64,000 nt of DNA from a virus. Made by a program: the position numbers and the translations under genes. The stretch lies in the IMG/VR virus record IMGVR_UViG_3300009130_001466, positions 1 to 64,000 of that record; one strand, 5' to 3'. Below the pieces are notes generated by a model that saw only the letters and a list, made by a program, of their open reading frames with translations, was not told the origin of the DNA and made no database searches. Numbering within the stretch: position 1 is the first letter of the stretch; each line of letters opens with the position of its first letter. Below, one piece after another: positions 63,669 to 64,000 of this stretch.

Positions 63669-64000
63669 ATGAGCAGAAATAGAGTCATTTATCAATCAGA
63701 AGCCCTCTTCGCGAGTAAAGAGATCAACTCTACAAGCAAGCAGGACCACATGCAACTTCGCAGAGTTCAATCAGCGAATTATTCCTTTAACGTTTCTCGC
63801 ACTGACATCAATCAGTTCGGACAATTATCCAGAATCGATTCGTTGATCCTTGAAGCACCAACAGTATCTGCTGATGTTTCTTACTATCTCACGGATGGAT
63901 ACAACGAAGAAGCTTTGAATTTCTCGAACTCCAACCTTAATGTTGGTTTTGTTTCTGGACAAATCACTTCTTCCAGCGGTCAAAACCTTTATATTATGAC
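63669..64000 (+). CDS. Major tail tube protein (partial, runs off window)
   Basis: Not in ORF track: MSRNRVIYQSEALFAS...QLRRVQSANYSFNVSRTDINQFGQLSRID...PTVSADVSYYLTDG, open to the end. Confidence 0.7.
   Translation, partial: MSRNRVIYQSEALFASKEINSTSKQDHMQLRRVQSANYSFNVSRTDINQFGQLSRIDSLILEAPTVSADVSYYLTDGYNEEALNFSNSNLNVGFVSGQITSSSGQNLYIM

Noticed and set aside
1-64000. Diversity-generating retroelement, tRNAs, integrase or IS
   Set aside because: No reverse transcriptase, no adenine-specific template/variable repeat pair, and no cloverleaf or recombinase/transposase motifs recognised in this window

Overview
An AT-rich, gene-dense 64 kb segment of a large tailed dsDNA phage with a siphovirus-type (lambda gpL/K/I/J-like) tail. 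A small gene that I recognise mainly from Verrucomicrobia suggests that host, but this is an inference. Contents: (i) tail-tip genes at 1.8-10 kb; (ii) a minus-strand block at 10-41.5 kb with glycosyltransferases, a kinase, a single-AAA Clp ATPase, a split DnaE replisome, primase, helicase, a RecA-like protein, a nucleotide-sugar island, fibre genes and a class Id-like ribonucleotide reductase; (iii) a divergent AT-rich intergenic region (possible origin) followed by dNMP kinase, a phage sigma factor, SSB, a GT4 and Hsp20; (iv) a giant beta-solenoid fibre, tube paralogs, tape measure, chaperones and neck/tube genes at 45.7-64 kb. The most notable signals are a GTGTAA-N8/9-ATG motif in front of 13 genes (putative leaderless late promoter), a perfect sigma54 promoter on the phage Hsp20, a Clp ATPase lacking its second AAA domain (D2) that ends in an IGF ClpP-docking motif, a PD-(D/E)XK-like domain bracketed by IPNFA repeats inside the tape measure protein, and a multi-enzyme glycosylation system coupled to DNA-metabolism genes. 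No tRNA, rRNA, CRISPR array, integrase or reverse transcriptase was seen. All family assignments come from motif recognition without database searches.
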